A stretch of 63,285 bases of DNA, counting the filler, from Gonapodya sp. JEL0774 (lineage: Eukaryota), in the NCBI GenBank assembly GCA_027604505.1. It is 28 parts of 28 records of this genome, joined end to end, with 100 filler letters (N's around TTAATTAATTAA, not from the genome) between each part and the next. Parts side by side here need not be neighbours in the genome. Positions count along the whole stretch, not along the records: positions 22,739 to 24,906 come from JADIIX010002177.1; positions 25,007 to 27,174 come from JADIIX010002178.1; positions 27,275 to 29,441 come from JADIIX010002179.1; positions 29,542 to 31,702 come from JADIIX010002180.1; positions 31,803 to 33,962 come from JADIIX010002181.1; positions 34,063 to 36,222 come from JADIIX010002182.1; 22 more parts are not named here. One strand, given 5' to 3'. The notes below the pieces were generated by a model, which was given only the letters and a program-made list of their open reading frames with translations, searched no databases and was not told the DNA's origin. The position numbers were made by a program, and so were the translations under genes. Positions 24,149 to 36,322 of the stretch are shown here, piece after piece; positions within the stretch are counted from its first letter, which is position 1; the number at the start of each line of letters is the position of its first letter.

Positions 24149-24906
24149 ATGGCCCCGAGTGTTCTTGCGGCTGTTGCTGCCGCGATCATCGCGATTTTTC
24201 TGGCTTCATTCTTTTTGACTGGTTCTTCAAACCGTCATGATCCACCGAGGGTTCCCCTCTGGAAGCTGGTGTATCTGTTCGCCACAGATCCTCTGCAAAG
24301 CTGGAACAAAGTCAAGGAGGAGTACGGGCCTTTGGTGTACCTACAGGTATTTGATGCAAGAATCTTGTCCGCGTTGACTGTTGGAAGTCGAAACGCTGCT
24401 GTTTGCATTAATTCAATTCGCAGATTCCCGTCGCAGGGCGCCTGTACATTTTCCTCGGCCGGGAAGTATCCAAGTTTTTCCACACCCATCGGGACCTCGA
24501 TCTGCTTCTCGGTGTCAAAATGATGATGGGAGCATTCACGGCTCCCAAAACTTTCACGTTCGGCGAACCGGGGAACAGGGACATTGCTATCTCCATCAAC
24601 AAAGCTACATCCTCTAAGGAGTTTGTTCCGACGTTGAATCGCCTGGTGAGCGAGATGCTTGCTAACGGACACTGGGAACCCAATGGAAGTGAGCTCTTGC
24701 ACCCAAGTCCAGCTAGAGTACAGGGGAACGTGCTAACTTGCAAATTTTTCAGTTGTCGACGACTTGTTTTCTGAAATGACACTGCTCACGATGGAAACCA
24801 TAATGACCACTGTCTATGGAATCTCCCGAGACCGCAAACAGTTTGCTCGCTACTTGGAGCTCATGATGAAATTGGACCCTGAGAAATCTCTCAATGAACC
24901 CAGGGC
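24149..24906 (+). CDS. Probable cytochrome P450 N-terminal part (3' truncated)
   Basis: N-terminal TM anchor, Pro hinge (DPPRVP), DPLQSWNKVKEEYGPLVYLQ|IP..RLYIFLG pattern; heme motif not in the contig. Confidence 0.55.
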
Positions 24907-25011
24907 NNNNNNNNNNNNNNNNNNNNNNNNNNNNNNNNNNNNNNNNNNNNTTAATTAATTAANNNNNNNNNNNNNNNNNNNNNNNNNNNNNNNNNNNNNN
25001 NNNNNNTCCCT

Positions 25012-27174
25012 TCAAATCCTCATGCTTGCGACCAATTTACTGCACACTCTCTTGTACGTCCACACACCACCTTGCATCCTCTTAAAGTGCAGCCCCAACT
25101 GTCCTGGCTGCTTTGCAAGACGCACGATGGAGATCTGGAAAGAAAGTTGAGGTAGGGAGGCAGCAGCATTCGGGCTGCCAGATGTTGCCTCCAAGTTATC
25201 TGCAGTACTACCCGAGATGGGGGAAGCTGTAACAATGGACATGGCTGATGATTCAACACTCTTCGTCTTGAAAGTTGCTCCGTCAACGTCCATTCGCTCG
25301 CTGCCAGTCCTCCCCGCCGCCTGAACACTAGGTTTGCCCTCTTCTGCAACTTCGCACTCGAAAACAGCCTCAACCACATCTCCCTGCTTCTGCCCCACCA
25401 CTTGGTTTGCGTCACCACCGATCATTGCGACACCATACCGCATTCCGGAAGCTTCCAGAGCCCTTGCGACTTCGTCTACAAGGTTCCCAAGTGGGAGGCT
25501 CGAGGTAGCGGACACTGAGACGAACCAGTCCGGGATCGACGTGAGCGATCCTGTGAGCGTTGTTGCGGAGCTGGTGGAAGCCTTTGAGGGTGAGATGGTG
25601 GCACGGCGGCGTTGAGTCGTGGTGCTGATTGGAATCTGCGAGGGGGTCATGACGGCGGCAGGGGTGGGTGGTCTGATTGCAGCTTCGTCTCGCGCTGTTT
25701 CAGAGTAAGACTGTGACGTCAGATTTCCAAACGCGGATTGTGGCCTCTGCGGGTGAACTCGGGATTCCTCTCCAGTGTACACTCCAGCGGTCCGGCTGGC
25801 AAGTAACTGCTGCGACTCCGCCCTCCCACCAGTCATCACGAGTTGCTGGGTTTGCTCCCTCTCTGCGGCTGGCCGTCCACTGACAGACCCGAACGCCGGT
25901 TCGGATCCAAACTCGGCTCTTCTCGCCGAGAAGTGAGCAGGTTGCGTAACGACCCTCGATCCTACTCGCGCACCACCATTGGTGCCTGATCGCTCCGTTT
26001 CTGCAACAGTGGGAGGATCAAGTGGTTGTTGAGCCACTGAAAAGCTACGGTGGCGGATGTTCGAAACGACCGCTGCGGAGGAAGGTGTAGTTGGTGTCGG
26101 TGGGAGAGCATGCGAAGGATAGTCTGCGAATGTTGCGGGTGTCACAGGTGATGGGGATACCTGTGTCACCACCATGACCCCTTCCCGCTCGTTCGAAAGT
26201 GTCTTGTCTGTATCTACCCTCAACCTCTGCTGCTGCATCTGTTCCCTCCGCCTCGCCATGGCCCGTCTCTGCTCCGCTTCTCTCTGCTTGCGCTGCTCCC
26301 GGCCCAGCATTTCACCGAGCAAGAAGTACGTCGACGTGATGGCGTTCTCCTGACCTTGGGCTCCGGTCCCGTCCACCCCTCCAAACGCCTCGCGAACCAT
26401 CTCCTCTGTGTAACCGAAATGGGACAATCTTCCTACAAGATCGGTATCGAGTTGCTCGACTCGTATGATAGGCCGGGACGGAACGTAGTTTGGTGGAGCG
26501 TGCGGGTACCCGTCGTTGACCCACCTGTGGGCGAGCACTTCGGAGAGCGTAGCGCGGGAGGCCGGGTCCACGGTGATGAGACGAGATATGAGGTGGCGGG
26601 CGTCTAGGTGTGTAGGGTATTTGGAGAACGTTGGGCGGAGGAAATGAGGATCCGTGCACAGGGAAGTCGGCAAATCTCGGGACATGGAGAATCCCAAAAA
26701 GACCAATCGAAGTACCATCAAACCCACCAGGCATCAAATAATCCGGGCACTTGTAATTCCCCGCTGCGATCTTCTTGTACAACTGCTTCATATCGTCGTC
26801 GTCGAAGGGCAAGTGACCACAGAGGAGCGCAAAGAGGATCACGCCCAAGGACCACATGTCAACTTCGGGGCCTTGGTATTTGCGACCGAGTATCATTTCG
26901 GGGGCCGCATAGAAAGGTGACCTGGTGGATTGAGCGAGGAAAGACTCGTGAGAACCCAGTGAATTGTACTCATAAGCAGACCATTAATTCGACCGTAGAG
27001 TAATAGTTCCAGATTCACGGAGGAATTCTTGTGGTAGAGACATGTGCAAGTAGTCGTGATCTCATCTTTTCTTTACTTCATATCTCGAAAATACCCTGGG
27101 GCCAATGGTAGTATTCCGCCCGGCATACTTACCCGCAAAACGTATCCAACAACCTCCCGTCCGTGCTATATGTA
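25012..27174 (-). CDS. KIN1: KIN1/MARK-family Ser/Thr kinase with C-terminal KA1 domain (5' truncated)
   Basis: [40 protein letters not shown]-terminal FQISIVRL...[21 protein letters not shown]. Confidence 0.88.
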
Positions 27175-27360
27175 NNNNNNNNNNNNNNNNNNNNNNNNNN
27201 NNNNNNNNNNNNNNNNNNTTAATTAATTAANNNNNNNNNNNNNNNNNNNNNNNNNNNNNNNNNNNNNNNNNNNNCCCCCCCACAAATTTTATCCGGGTCC
27301 CCATTGGTACCAACCCCCGGGGGGGCTGGGGGGGGGGGGGGGGGGGGCATCTAGGTGAAT

Positions 27361-28328
27361 CTATCTGTTGAAGAGAAGGAGTGCCATTCCGGAGGTGTAT
27401 GGAGGAAGTTGCGGGGCTATAATGGCTGGGCTAGCACAATCGTGATCCGCCAGCGGTAAAGGTGTACCATCAACAGAAGCAAGGTCATCAACTGATACTC
27501 CGGGAGGTGGGATCCCGTTGTATTTGTCACGTGCGAGCTTCACAAAAGCGTCACGCCGTACAATCTGCTTCTGGTCCCCAATCTTGACGCGAGCAAAGAC
27601 ACGTGGATTGTTGCCAGACGATGTTTCTGACACCACAAAGCGGAGTACACGAGCTTCGTCCAGGCTTTCTAGTGAGTCCAAGGTGGCGGAGGACGAAGGT
27701 TTGCAACCATGATCGCTGTTGTGATTCCAAAGGACTGCAGTCGGAGCTGGGGGGAAGAAGTTGCGGAGAGCTCTACCAACGAGAGATTTAAAAAGGTCCG
27801 GACGGGTTTGCGAGAGAGAAACAAGACACGTCAACTGGGCAAGAATAGGGGCGTCCTCGGATGTGGCGAGTTTGAGGGCAATCAGCGAGTTTGAGATGAG
27901 TTTTGCGATGTCCGGGTAGCGTCGATAGATGAAATGCATCGAAATTGCATGATAGTATCAGCTCATTCTGGAACACAGGATCTGGCGGGGATACATAGCC
28001 GTTCAATGTATCCACCTCCCTCGGTAAGTCCGGCTGTCTCATCTGTCTCTCGTAATATGACTGTTGCTGCCAGTCTAAACACCTGCAAAGCGTCCGCCTC
28101 TCCTGCTTTCGAGTCATGCTCTTGTCTGCATTTGAAGTACCTGCAAATCCTTCCATTCTTGCAGGTTTGTCCAGAGTTGGCCTCGTCTGTGATCGTCGCG
28201 AGAAAAGATAACGTGGCAACGCATCGCGCTACGAGGCGATTGATAAAGGGTGTAGGGCCAGAACCACAGACATGACTATCGTTGAGGAGGGTCGATACCA
28301 CGGGTGGGAGGGCGGAAGATGCTGCCAC
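27361..28328 (-). CDS. Hypothetical protein (two adjacent ORFs, possibly one spliced or frameshifted gene)
   Basis: 121-aa and 192-aa co-oriented ORFs 23 nt apart; no family recognised. Confidence 0.35.
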
Positions 28329-28347
28329 TGTGCTGTCCCGGTCTGGA

Positions 28348-28386
28348 GTAGTTCAGAGGAAAGAACATCCTTCGGATCAGGGGGTC
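28348..28386 (+). repeat. Damaged partial copy of the adjacent tRNA-Arg (D arm to variable loop)
   Basis: GTAGTTCAGAGGAAAGAACATC---CTTCGGATCAGGGGGTC, identical to 28474-28515 apart from a 3-nt deletion in the anticodon stem. Confidence 0.85.
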
Positions 28387-28467
28387 CCCCATATATCCAC
28401 CCTCTGGGCATTTGCATTCATGGGGTTTGATCAAGTACAATAGAGTGCCATGTTTCCGTGTTTCAAA

Positions 28468-28540
28468 ACGGGCGTAGTTCAGAGGAAAGAACATCTGACT
28501 TCGGATCAGGGGGTCGCAGGTTCGATCCCTGCCGCCCGCG
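28468..28540 (+). tRNA. tRNA-Arg, anticodon TCG
   Basis: Cloverleaf: acceptor (A)CGGGCG/CGCCCG(C), D stem GTTC/GAAC, anticodon stem TCTGA/TCAGG with loop CT-TCG-GA, T arm GCAGG-TTCGATC-CCTGC, T5 Pol III terminator at about 28543; 1:72 pair is A:C. Confidence 0.88.
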
Positions 28541-28799
28541 AGTTTTTGAGGTCTCACACGTGTGGAGTTGTCATTTTGTTTTCTCCCACTCTACGTTCCG
28601 CGGCTTTCTCATTTGTCTGTTTGGTTTGTCCAACTACCGACCGTAGTTAGTGTGGAAACAACTGCTTTCTCTCATGATTTCTAAAGTTTCTATGTCATCT
28701 GGAGACTGGAGTTGAACACACATGTATCACAAAAAGATATACATCACCACATGTATTTAGTAAATGCAATAGGATACATACAGACGCTATAACAACTCG

Positions 28800-29441
28800 C
28801 TAACGCCTCCCCCTGTATTCATCGACTCTGCGTTGATGACCAAATAATTGCGCAGTACTGATCGTTGAGAACGCTTTGTTTGCTGAGATCCCTATTTTTA
28901 CACCACTCAATTGGCCAGGCTCCGCCAGAGGGTCTCGTCTGTCGCGATGGCAGGGGAACAACGACTTCAACAACGTCCGCATTCCAGATTTCAGTCTGCA
29001 ATCCAGCATTGGTACCACGATTCCATTCACAGGACCATGAACAGTGATTACGGAGTAACAGATGCCGACAATAATGTGAGGTCGTGGGTGGTCACGCATA
29101 CTGATCACGTACAAGATGAGCATCGCGACTGGGCTCGAAAATAGCAAGCAGATGCTTGACACCATCATGATAGAAATAAACACCAGCAGAACGTCTGAGC
29201 ATATGTTTTTCCGGGGAGAGGGAATTGTTTGGGCGTCGGATTGAGGTCCATTGTTAATGAATATACAAGTTTGCGGTCTGCCCCCTGCAATGATAGCTCA
29301 CCTTTACCGAATTGTCGAGCAGACAGACTCTCTCCTCGTACTGATGTGCGTCCGGTTAGTTTCGCCGCCGTGTTTGGTACCGTGGTGTCCCTCGTGCGTG
29401 GTTGAGGACTCACGGGATCGTTGCTCCCCATCAATGCACCG
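28800..29441 (-). CDS. Putative GPCR-like membrane protein, last helices (5' truncated)
   Basis: TM6/TM7-like segments (ICLLFSSPVAMLILY; ICYSVITVHGPVNGIVVPMLD) followed by an amphipathic helix-8-like RLKSGMRTLL and a Cys. Confidence 0.5.
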
Positions 29442-29541
29442 NNNNNNNNNNNNNNNNNNNNNNNNNNNNNNNNNNNNNNNNNNNNTTAATTAATTAANNN
29501 NNNNNNNNNNNNNNNNNNNNNNNNNNNNNNNNNNNNNNNNN

Positions 29542-30313
29542 AAAGTGGCCGGCGCCGCTGCCTCTCTTGCCACCAAGCAAGCCGAATTCGACCGACAAGT
29601 CCGCATCGCGCAGATCGAAGCGGACCAAGCCGCCGCGGCGCGCAAGATGGAACTGCAGCGGACGGTCGAGCAGAGGAGGCTCGAGACAGAGACGGAGAGG
29701 TTGAGGGCTGAGATATTGGCGAAGGCGACGGTGGAGTACGAGAGTAATGTCAAAACCGCTGGTGAGTGGGAGGCGAGGATACGACGAGCTGGGCTGGTTG
29801 GATCCCTCACACTCTGTCTCTCTCCAACGAACCGCACCTCAACCTCTCATGTGACTTCCAGACGCCAGATTATACGCCAAGACGAAAGAAGCCGAAGCCG
29901 TCACGGCCCTCTTCCGCGCCCAGGCCGACGGTATCGCCGAACTCACCCGGGCCTTTGGCGGAGATTCCAAGGCGGTCCTGCAGTATCTCATGCTGGAACG
30001 CGGGTTGTTCACTGAACTGGCCAAGGCGAACGCGGAGGCCATACGCGGGTTGCAGCCCAAGATCACGGTGTGGAACACCGGGGAGCAAAGTGGAGCCGGC
30101 GGATCGCTCGGTGGATCTCCGGCCGGAGCGATCAGGGACGTGTTTCAAATGTTGCCACCGCTGTTGACGACGATTCAAGAGCAGACGGGAGTGTCTCCGC
30201 CGGACTGGTTGGCCAAGATGCCGCAGGGGGGAGCCGCCGGGGTGGGGAAAGGGGCGGTTAATGGGGTGAGTGGTGCCAAGGGGCCGGTCATGGCGGGTGG
30301 TGCAAGCGTGTGA
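29542..30313 (+). CDS. Flotillin-like (SPFH) protein C-terminus
   Basis: Coiled coil, then QYLMLERGLFTELAKANAEAIRGLQPKITVWNTG...LPPLLTTIQEQTGVSPPDWLAKMP. Confidence 0.88.
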
Positions 30314-31802
30314 AAGATGTGGGATCGGTTGGAAGGGCAGGGGTGGGGAGAGTTGGGAGCAGAGTGAGTGTGGATGTGAGAAGGGAGCAACAGGGCCGTC
30401 ACGTGGCCGAGCGGTTTCATATTCAGTTGATTTTGTCCGAGTGCGTGGACTCATTTGGTGAATTTGCAAATTTGTGCTATTTGAATGTGTCATTGATGTG
30501 ATATTTTGCATAGTTATGTATGGAACTTGCTAATCGGAATTTTACCATGAACAAACACAATATCGTTGTGCTGAATTGAGCAACTCAGGAGAAGAATTTG
30601 GCCCGCTTCCTGAAGTTGGCGTTCAGTTCCACTCGTCCTCTCGATCGAGCAAGCGTACTCTATTGCATGAGACTTAAGAGCTCAGGAGGGCCGTGGAATT
30701 CCTATTCAGTATAAGTGCTCCATCGGCACGCCCCTGTGTTGCGTGATGGTCGGCTTCGAGATCCTGTTGCCATGTATTAAAAGCGTAGAGTTCTGAGCTG
30801 CAAATGAAATACGACATACAACAACAGTGACTCGGGTGAGGATACAAACAATCGTATCTCTCTCACTAGGAATTTGGTGTCTGGACAACGATTGATGTTC
30901 CGAGTCCCGTCCACCCACCTTACCATTCGGCCAACCGCAGATTTGTCATAGATTCCCCAATGGAACTCGTTTCGCCATCGGTTACTTTAAATGAACACCA
31001 ATTAAGTTAGTTATAATGGCGTCGTCTAATCGCAGCTGATGCGAAGAGCGACCGTGTAACATCTCTTGGCGGGATCTGAAGGGGCGTTGTGGTGAACCTG
31101 GAATCGAAGGAGCCTCACTCCACCCTGGAGACCAGGTCCTGGCGGATTCAAATGAAAAAGTTGAGGTATGTAATTACAAATCAATTGATTTCAAGCTCTG
31201 GCACAACTGTTTGTTACGAGAAATATTGGGGTTAGTTGGCAGGCGGGTCATTGGGATCTGCGCCGTTCCGAGTTCTCATATGTACACAGATGAATCGTTC
31301 CAAAGAATCGACCATCTATACTTTGAAAATCTTATTTGCAAGTACGTGCACTTAACGAGAAGTGAATGAATGTCTGCACTAACGATGACTCTTGCGAGCC
31401 TTGGCTTTGGCTGGCCGTCACCTGAGGCTGACTGATCGCAGATCGCCGCCATATTATGAACCTCACCTTGATCCACGTTTCACCATCTGTTTTTCTTGTT
31501 TCCCATTATTTTGTCTTCTTCTTCTTCGTCGTTCTCCTACGATCCCAGCATGCGCCAATCTCCCGCTTCTTCTCGCCGCCCGCTGGTCCGGATGGCCCTT
31601 CTCCTCCTCGCTGCTGTCGTGGTGGGACGATCTGCCGTCGCGATGCCCACAAACGGTGTCACCGTATGCCAATACGCGGATACTGCAGTGTGAGTGCACG
31701 AANNNNNNNNNNNNNNNNNNNNNNNNNNNNNNNNNNNNNNNNNNNNTTAATTAATTAANNNNNNNNNNNNNNNNNNNNNNNNNNNNNNNNNNNNNNNNNN
31801 NN

Positions 31803-33364
31803 CTCACGGACCTGGGGCGACGCGTCGGTGAGCGCGCGGGAGAGGAGCGGGGGGAGGGGGGGTGGTGGGCCGGGGGAGGCGGAGGTGGAAGAAGAGGGGG
31901 AGGGGGAGGGAGAGGCGGACAGGATGAACCCCACGACCAGCAGCGCTGCGTACCGCTCTTGCGCGCCTCGGGATGTGGAGAACTTGTCGGACCACCAGGC
32001 GATCCAGCGGTCGCGGCGCTCCCCTGTCCCCGTCCCCGTCCCCGCCACCCGAACGCACGACGCCACCACGGCTCCCGCACACCGCTCGGCGGCCGAGGCG
32101 GTGATTTTCTTGGTGCCTGAGATGAGCTTGAACAGCGGTGAAAAGAGCAACGAGTCGAGGAGTGGGAGCAGGGGGAGGGGGAGGTGGGCAGAGAGAAGGG
32201 TGAGTGTGGTGAGGGAGGTGAGGCAGAGGGAGGTGCGGAGGGAGAGGACCTGGGTGGGTGGGGTGGGGGTAAGGAGAGACGCAAGGATGAGCAAAAGTCG
32301 TTCGGGACGGACGACACAGCAGAGCCGGGAACTGTCGCAACTCTGCGCTCCGAAAACGGTTGCGGTCGTGACTTGAGAGGGACGAGACGGGGGGGGGGGG
32401 CTCACACCCGTGGAGTCTGCCCTCCTCTCCTGCTCTCACCCTTCAAATTGTACTGCTTACTCCGTCGTCGGTTTTGATTCGTTCTTCCGTCGATGCGCTT
32501 TCCCGTTCTCCCGCAATCCCCTCGCCGTCGCTTCCACCCCACCGTACTAACCCCCCGAACCCACCCCTCTCCTTCCCCAAACTCACGGTGCGACTGATCC
32601 CCTCGACGACGACCTTGACGCCGCCGTCTTTCCCAGCGAGTTCTGCAGCTTTGGAGGAGGATGAGGAGGTGGTGGTAGTGGATGTGGTGGGACCGTTGGA
32701 GGTGTCAGTGGTCGTACCCCCGCTCCCACCAGCTCCACCCGCACCACCAGTGCCCTCCCTCTCCCTCTCCCTGTTCCTGTCTCGGTCACCCGCCGCCGCC
32801 TCCCTGTTCCTCTTTTCCGCTGCCCAGTGCTCGAGGAATGCGTCGACACGTTTGAGAGACTTTTCGCGTTCGTCCCAGTTGTCCTCAGTTTCCTTGCCGG
32901 AGAAGACTTGGTGGAAGTGGAGTAAGAAGGAGTCAGGGAACTGGGGGTTTGGGGTGTGGGGAAGGATTAGGTGAGATGGGGAGAAGGGACACAGAGGGAG
33001 AGAGGGAAACACGTACTCTGAAATCCTGTTCCTGTAGGGTCTTTGGTTTTAGGAGAGAAGAGTCAGGAGAGATTGAAAAGGAGAGATGGTTTGAGTGATG
33101 AGAATTGAGTTGAGAGTCGAGTTGATTTGAATGAGCGGACGAAGAAGAAGAGGAATGGGAGTTTGATGATCTTGTGATTTGAGTTCTGGAGAGATGAGGG
33201 GATGAGATGGAGGAGACAGAGGAAGAGGCAGAGTGGGAGGAGAGTGCGGAGGAGGGGCGGAACGTGGAGTGCGAGTACTGGGAGACAGAGTGCGAGTGCG
33301 GAGTCGACGTTGATGCTGAGGACGGCACCGAGGAGCGCACCGATCGAGTGGGGTGTGACGTCAT
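31803..33364 (-). CDS. CLASP/Stu1-like TOG/HEAT protein N-terminus (3' truncated)
   Basis: FSGKETEDNWDEREKSL, LSLRTSLCLT, LFKLISGTKKITA, RALTDASPQVRE. Confidence 0.8.
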
Positions 33365-33887
33365 CGTGTGTGGGTGGGGCGTGGGTGACGGGTGACGGGT
33401 GTGGGGTGTGCGGAGTGTCCGGACGTGGGGGCGGCGGCCGAGAGGCGGGTGGGGACAGAAGCGCGGCGCTGTGACTGCGCAGGAATCAGCACAAGAGTGT
33501 TTCCCCTGTGGGAACTCTGAGTTGCTCTCGCCTTGGTAGAGCCCGATGGGACTGCACCCTGTCACCTGCCAGTCCAAGAAAGATCGGTGCTGTGGTTGCG
33601 GGGTTGTGCACAGGCCACCGCCGATCGAGCTGTCCTTGACACGCCAACACCCCTACAGAGCAAGAAACTACGATAGAGAATGGGGCAATATTTTGAAATA
33701 TTAAATTAATTGTACAAGGATCATCTTCTGCTCAGTTGACTTGGCTCCTGATCAGTCTGGCCTCTGTCATGGGTTTCAAGCAACGACTAGTTCCCTATTC
33801 CCCAAATACCCCCATCTTGTCTTGGAAGCGTGAAACTCCAAACTCCGTAATGAACTTAGCAAATGATCCGCCTGATTCCAAAGATAT

Positions 33888-33962
33888 TAGGGCATGTGCG
33901 CTACCCGTAAATTACGGGTAGAACATTACGGGTGCAATATTTTGTATGACTTACTCGTAAAA
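33888..33962 (+). mobile_element. Possible end of a hAT-like DNA transposon or MITE
   Basis: TAGGGCATG start, perfect inverted repeat CTACCCGTAA-A-TTACGGGTAG (33901-33921) and further TTACGGGT/TTACTCGTAA copies at a contig end. Confidence 0.35.
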
Positions 33963-34062
33963 NNNNNNNNNNNNNNNNNNNNNNNNNNNNNNNNNNNNNN
34001 NNNNNNTTAATTAATTAANNNNNNNNNNNNNNNNNNNNNNNNNNNNNNNNNNNNNNNNNNNN

Positions 34063-36222
34063 TGACGCACCGTCTGTTGGAAATCGCCAAAGAACCAAGT
34101 CGGGTCTGTAAACTTTCGAAAATTCCAAAAACTCTCGGAGCCTCCTGCGTGCGGAACCATCAGGCAAACCCTCGCCAATGACAGCAGCTTCCTCCTCGGG
34201 CACATCGGCGAGATACTCGACAATTAGATTCTCGTGAAGGTCTGGTGTTGGGTCATTCAGATCATAAACTAGATGTTCAAGATAAGCAGTGGCAAGATCG
34301 TCCGAAATATCTGCCAAGTGAGCGAGCACTCGGTGACGGGTTGGAGAGGAAGGGGAGTACGGGGGATCAGTAAAAATCTAATGGTAGGTTTATGTTGTGT
34401 TTAAACGGACGAGAGTGCATGAAGCGAAAGGAGACAGTAAACAATCAATTGCAGAGAACGTGATGTACCTCCAGGGCTTCCTCCGGCGCGGATTCTAAAG
34501 CCCACGATGACGCTTCAAGTACTAGGTCCAAATCAGTTTCCCCCAAGCGTTTCAAGTATGCAATAGTCGCAACAGGACCGAAAAGGCGAGAGGTCTGGTC
34601 ATGCCCGAGCCTTACAATGTCGACAAATTAACCCAAAGTATGGCCGCAGATTAGTGGACAACACCATGAGGGGGCTTACCGCTTCAAAAACTCAACGGCC
34701 CTGCTGTGCATTCCCTTCGCAAAATGTAAATCCAAGAGCTCCTCGTACCGCCCTTCTCCCTCCAACCAAGCCTGCGCGACGCCAACATCAACCCAATTTT
34801 CTACACGCATAAGCGGCCGTACAAGTGAAGATTTGGCGGCAAGATAGACGCTCAATAAGCACGTGTCTACGACGCATGCTATTCGCTCTAATCGAGCAAT
34901 CTCTCGCCCTGCATCCAAAGTCGAAGGGCTTCGACCACGAAGAATGTCTTGACGAGAGCGAAGAGTGCGCATTCGTCGCTCGGTGAGAAAGCGGACCAGT
35001 GCGGCGTAAGCATGTGGGGGAGGATCCCGGGCTCGATGGGGATATGCCGAGTCATCATCAACTTGTGGTCCAGAAACGCTTGCTTCCATGTCGCCCCACG
35101 TACGCACAGCTGGAAAGAGGCCGCAAACTTGTCGTGGATCCACATCGAGCTCCAGGAAAAGGTTCATCGCAGCCGAGTAATCTTGCACAACGGAGAATAA
35201 ATGGTGTGCGTGAAGCAGGCGGAGTCGTGTGGAAAGTGAAGCCTTACCAATAGTGGAGCAGAAGAACAAGGATCAATACCACTACGATAACTGCCTTTCA
35301 TACATACGACACTCACTCGTAAATCTTCCGGTACTCCTTCTCCATTTTCAACGTACGCAACTGCCGAATGGAAATCCGCACCGATCACCAGCCTCTTTAC
35401 CCTTTCTGCCCACCCAATCTCCACAAGCACACCAACTTTTCCACCGCACCAGACCCAGACCCTTCCTACAGCCGAGATAATTCCCACACGCATAGTTCCC
35501 GGCGCACGGAACCCCATCGTAGAGCCTGCTCTACTCCTCACACTAGCAATAGATCCCGCACGCGAACGAACCGCGGTAACATTCGTTGCTGCTGCGATGT
35601 CACCTGGAGCGGCAGAAGACGTGATACTTGCGCTCCGCGAGCGATTGGGAGGCTCCAAAAGTTGTCCTCCTTTGTATGTCACTCCTGCCGCCGAGCCCCG
35701 AGGGATTAACGAGGCAGCATATGGGAGGCGCGGGCCAGATGAGAGGGAAATTGACTGCACTTCCTCACTGGAGGGTAAGTGCGCGATAGTTAGGCTTGCA
35801 GACTGGTCCAAGGTACTGGTGGAACTCGGTGCAGCGATGGCGTAAGGTGGTGAAAAGGCTTCAACGCCGACAAGTTAAAAAATACTCCCATTGTTGGAGC
35901 TGTTGAAGAACTCACCAACCATGTCAGGCAGCTCCCGCCATACCACCTTGGCTGAAGCACTAGAAGGGTCTGTAGATGGAACGACAGCTGTAGATCCTGT
36001 GCCAGCGAAAACAAATGAGTTACTCCAGGAACAGCATGCTAAGGAATGGCATCCTGTTTCGCACGAACCTTCCCACGTAAGCCCAACCTCGCCGGGTTTC
36101 ACCTCACCAACTCCACAACCCCCATTTCTCCCCGCCCTTGGTTCTAAGACACCCTTCCCGACAGTGTACATCTCGACACTTCCTATTTCTTCGCCCACAT
36201 TCACCACGGCGTACTCTGCTAT
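34063..36222 (-). CDS. VPS39: Vam6/Vps39-like HOPS subunit (internal fragment)
   Basis: VDTCLLSVYL...LVRPLMRVENW, RYEELLDLHFAKGMHSRAVEFL, YLKRLG, YLEHLVYDLND...LHENL, RRLREFLEFSKVY. Confidence 0.85.
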
Positions 36223-36322
36223 NNNNNNNNNNNNNNNNNNNNNNNNNNNNNNNNNNNNNNNNNNNNTTAATTAATTAANNNNNNNNNNNNNNNNNNNNNN
36301 NNNNNNNNNNNNNNNNNNNNNN

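Noticed and set aside
27275..27347. Poly-C/poly-G tract as a G-quadruplex or element end
   Set aside because: At a contig end, where homopolymer-G artefacts and low-quality consensus are likely.
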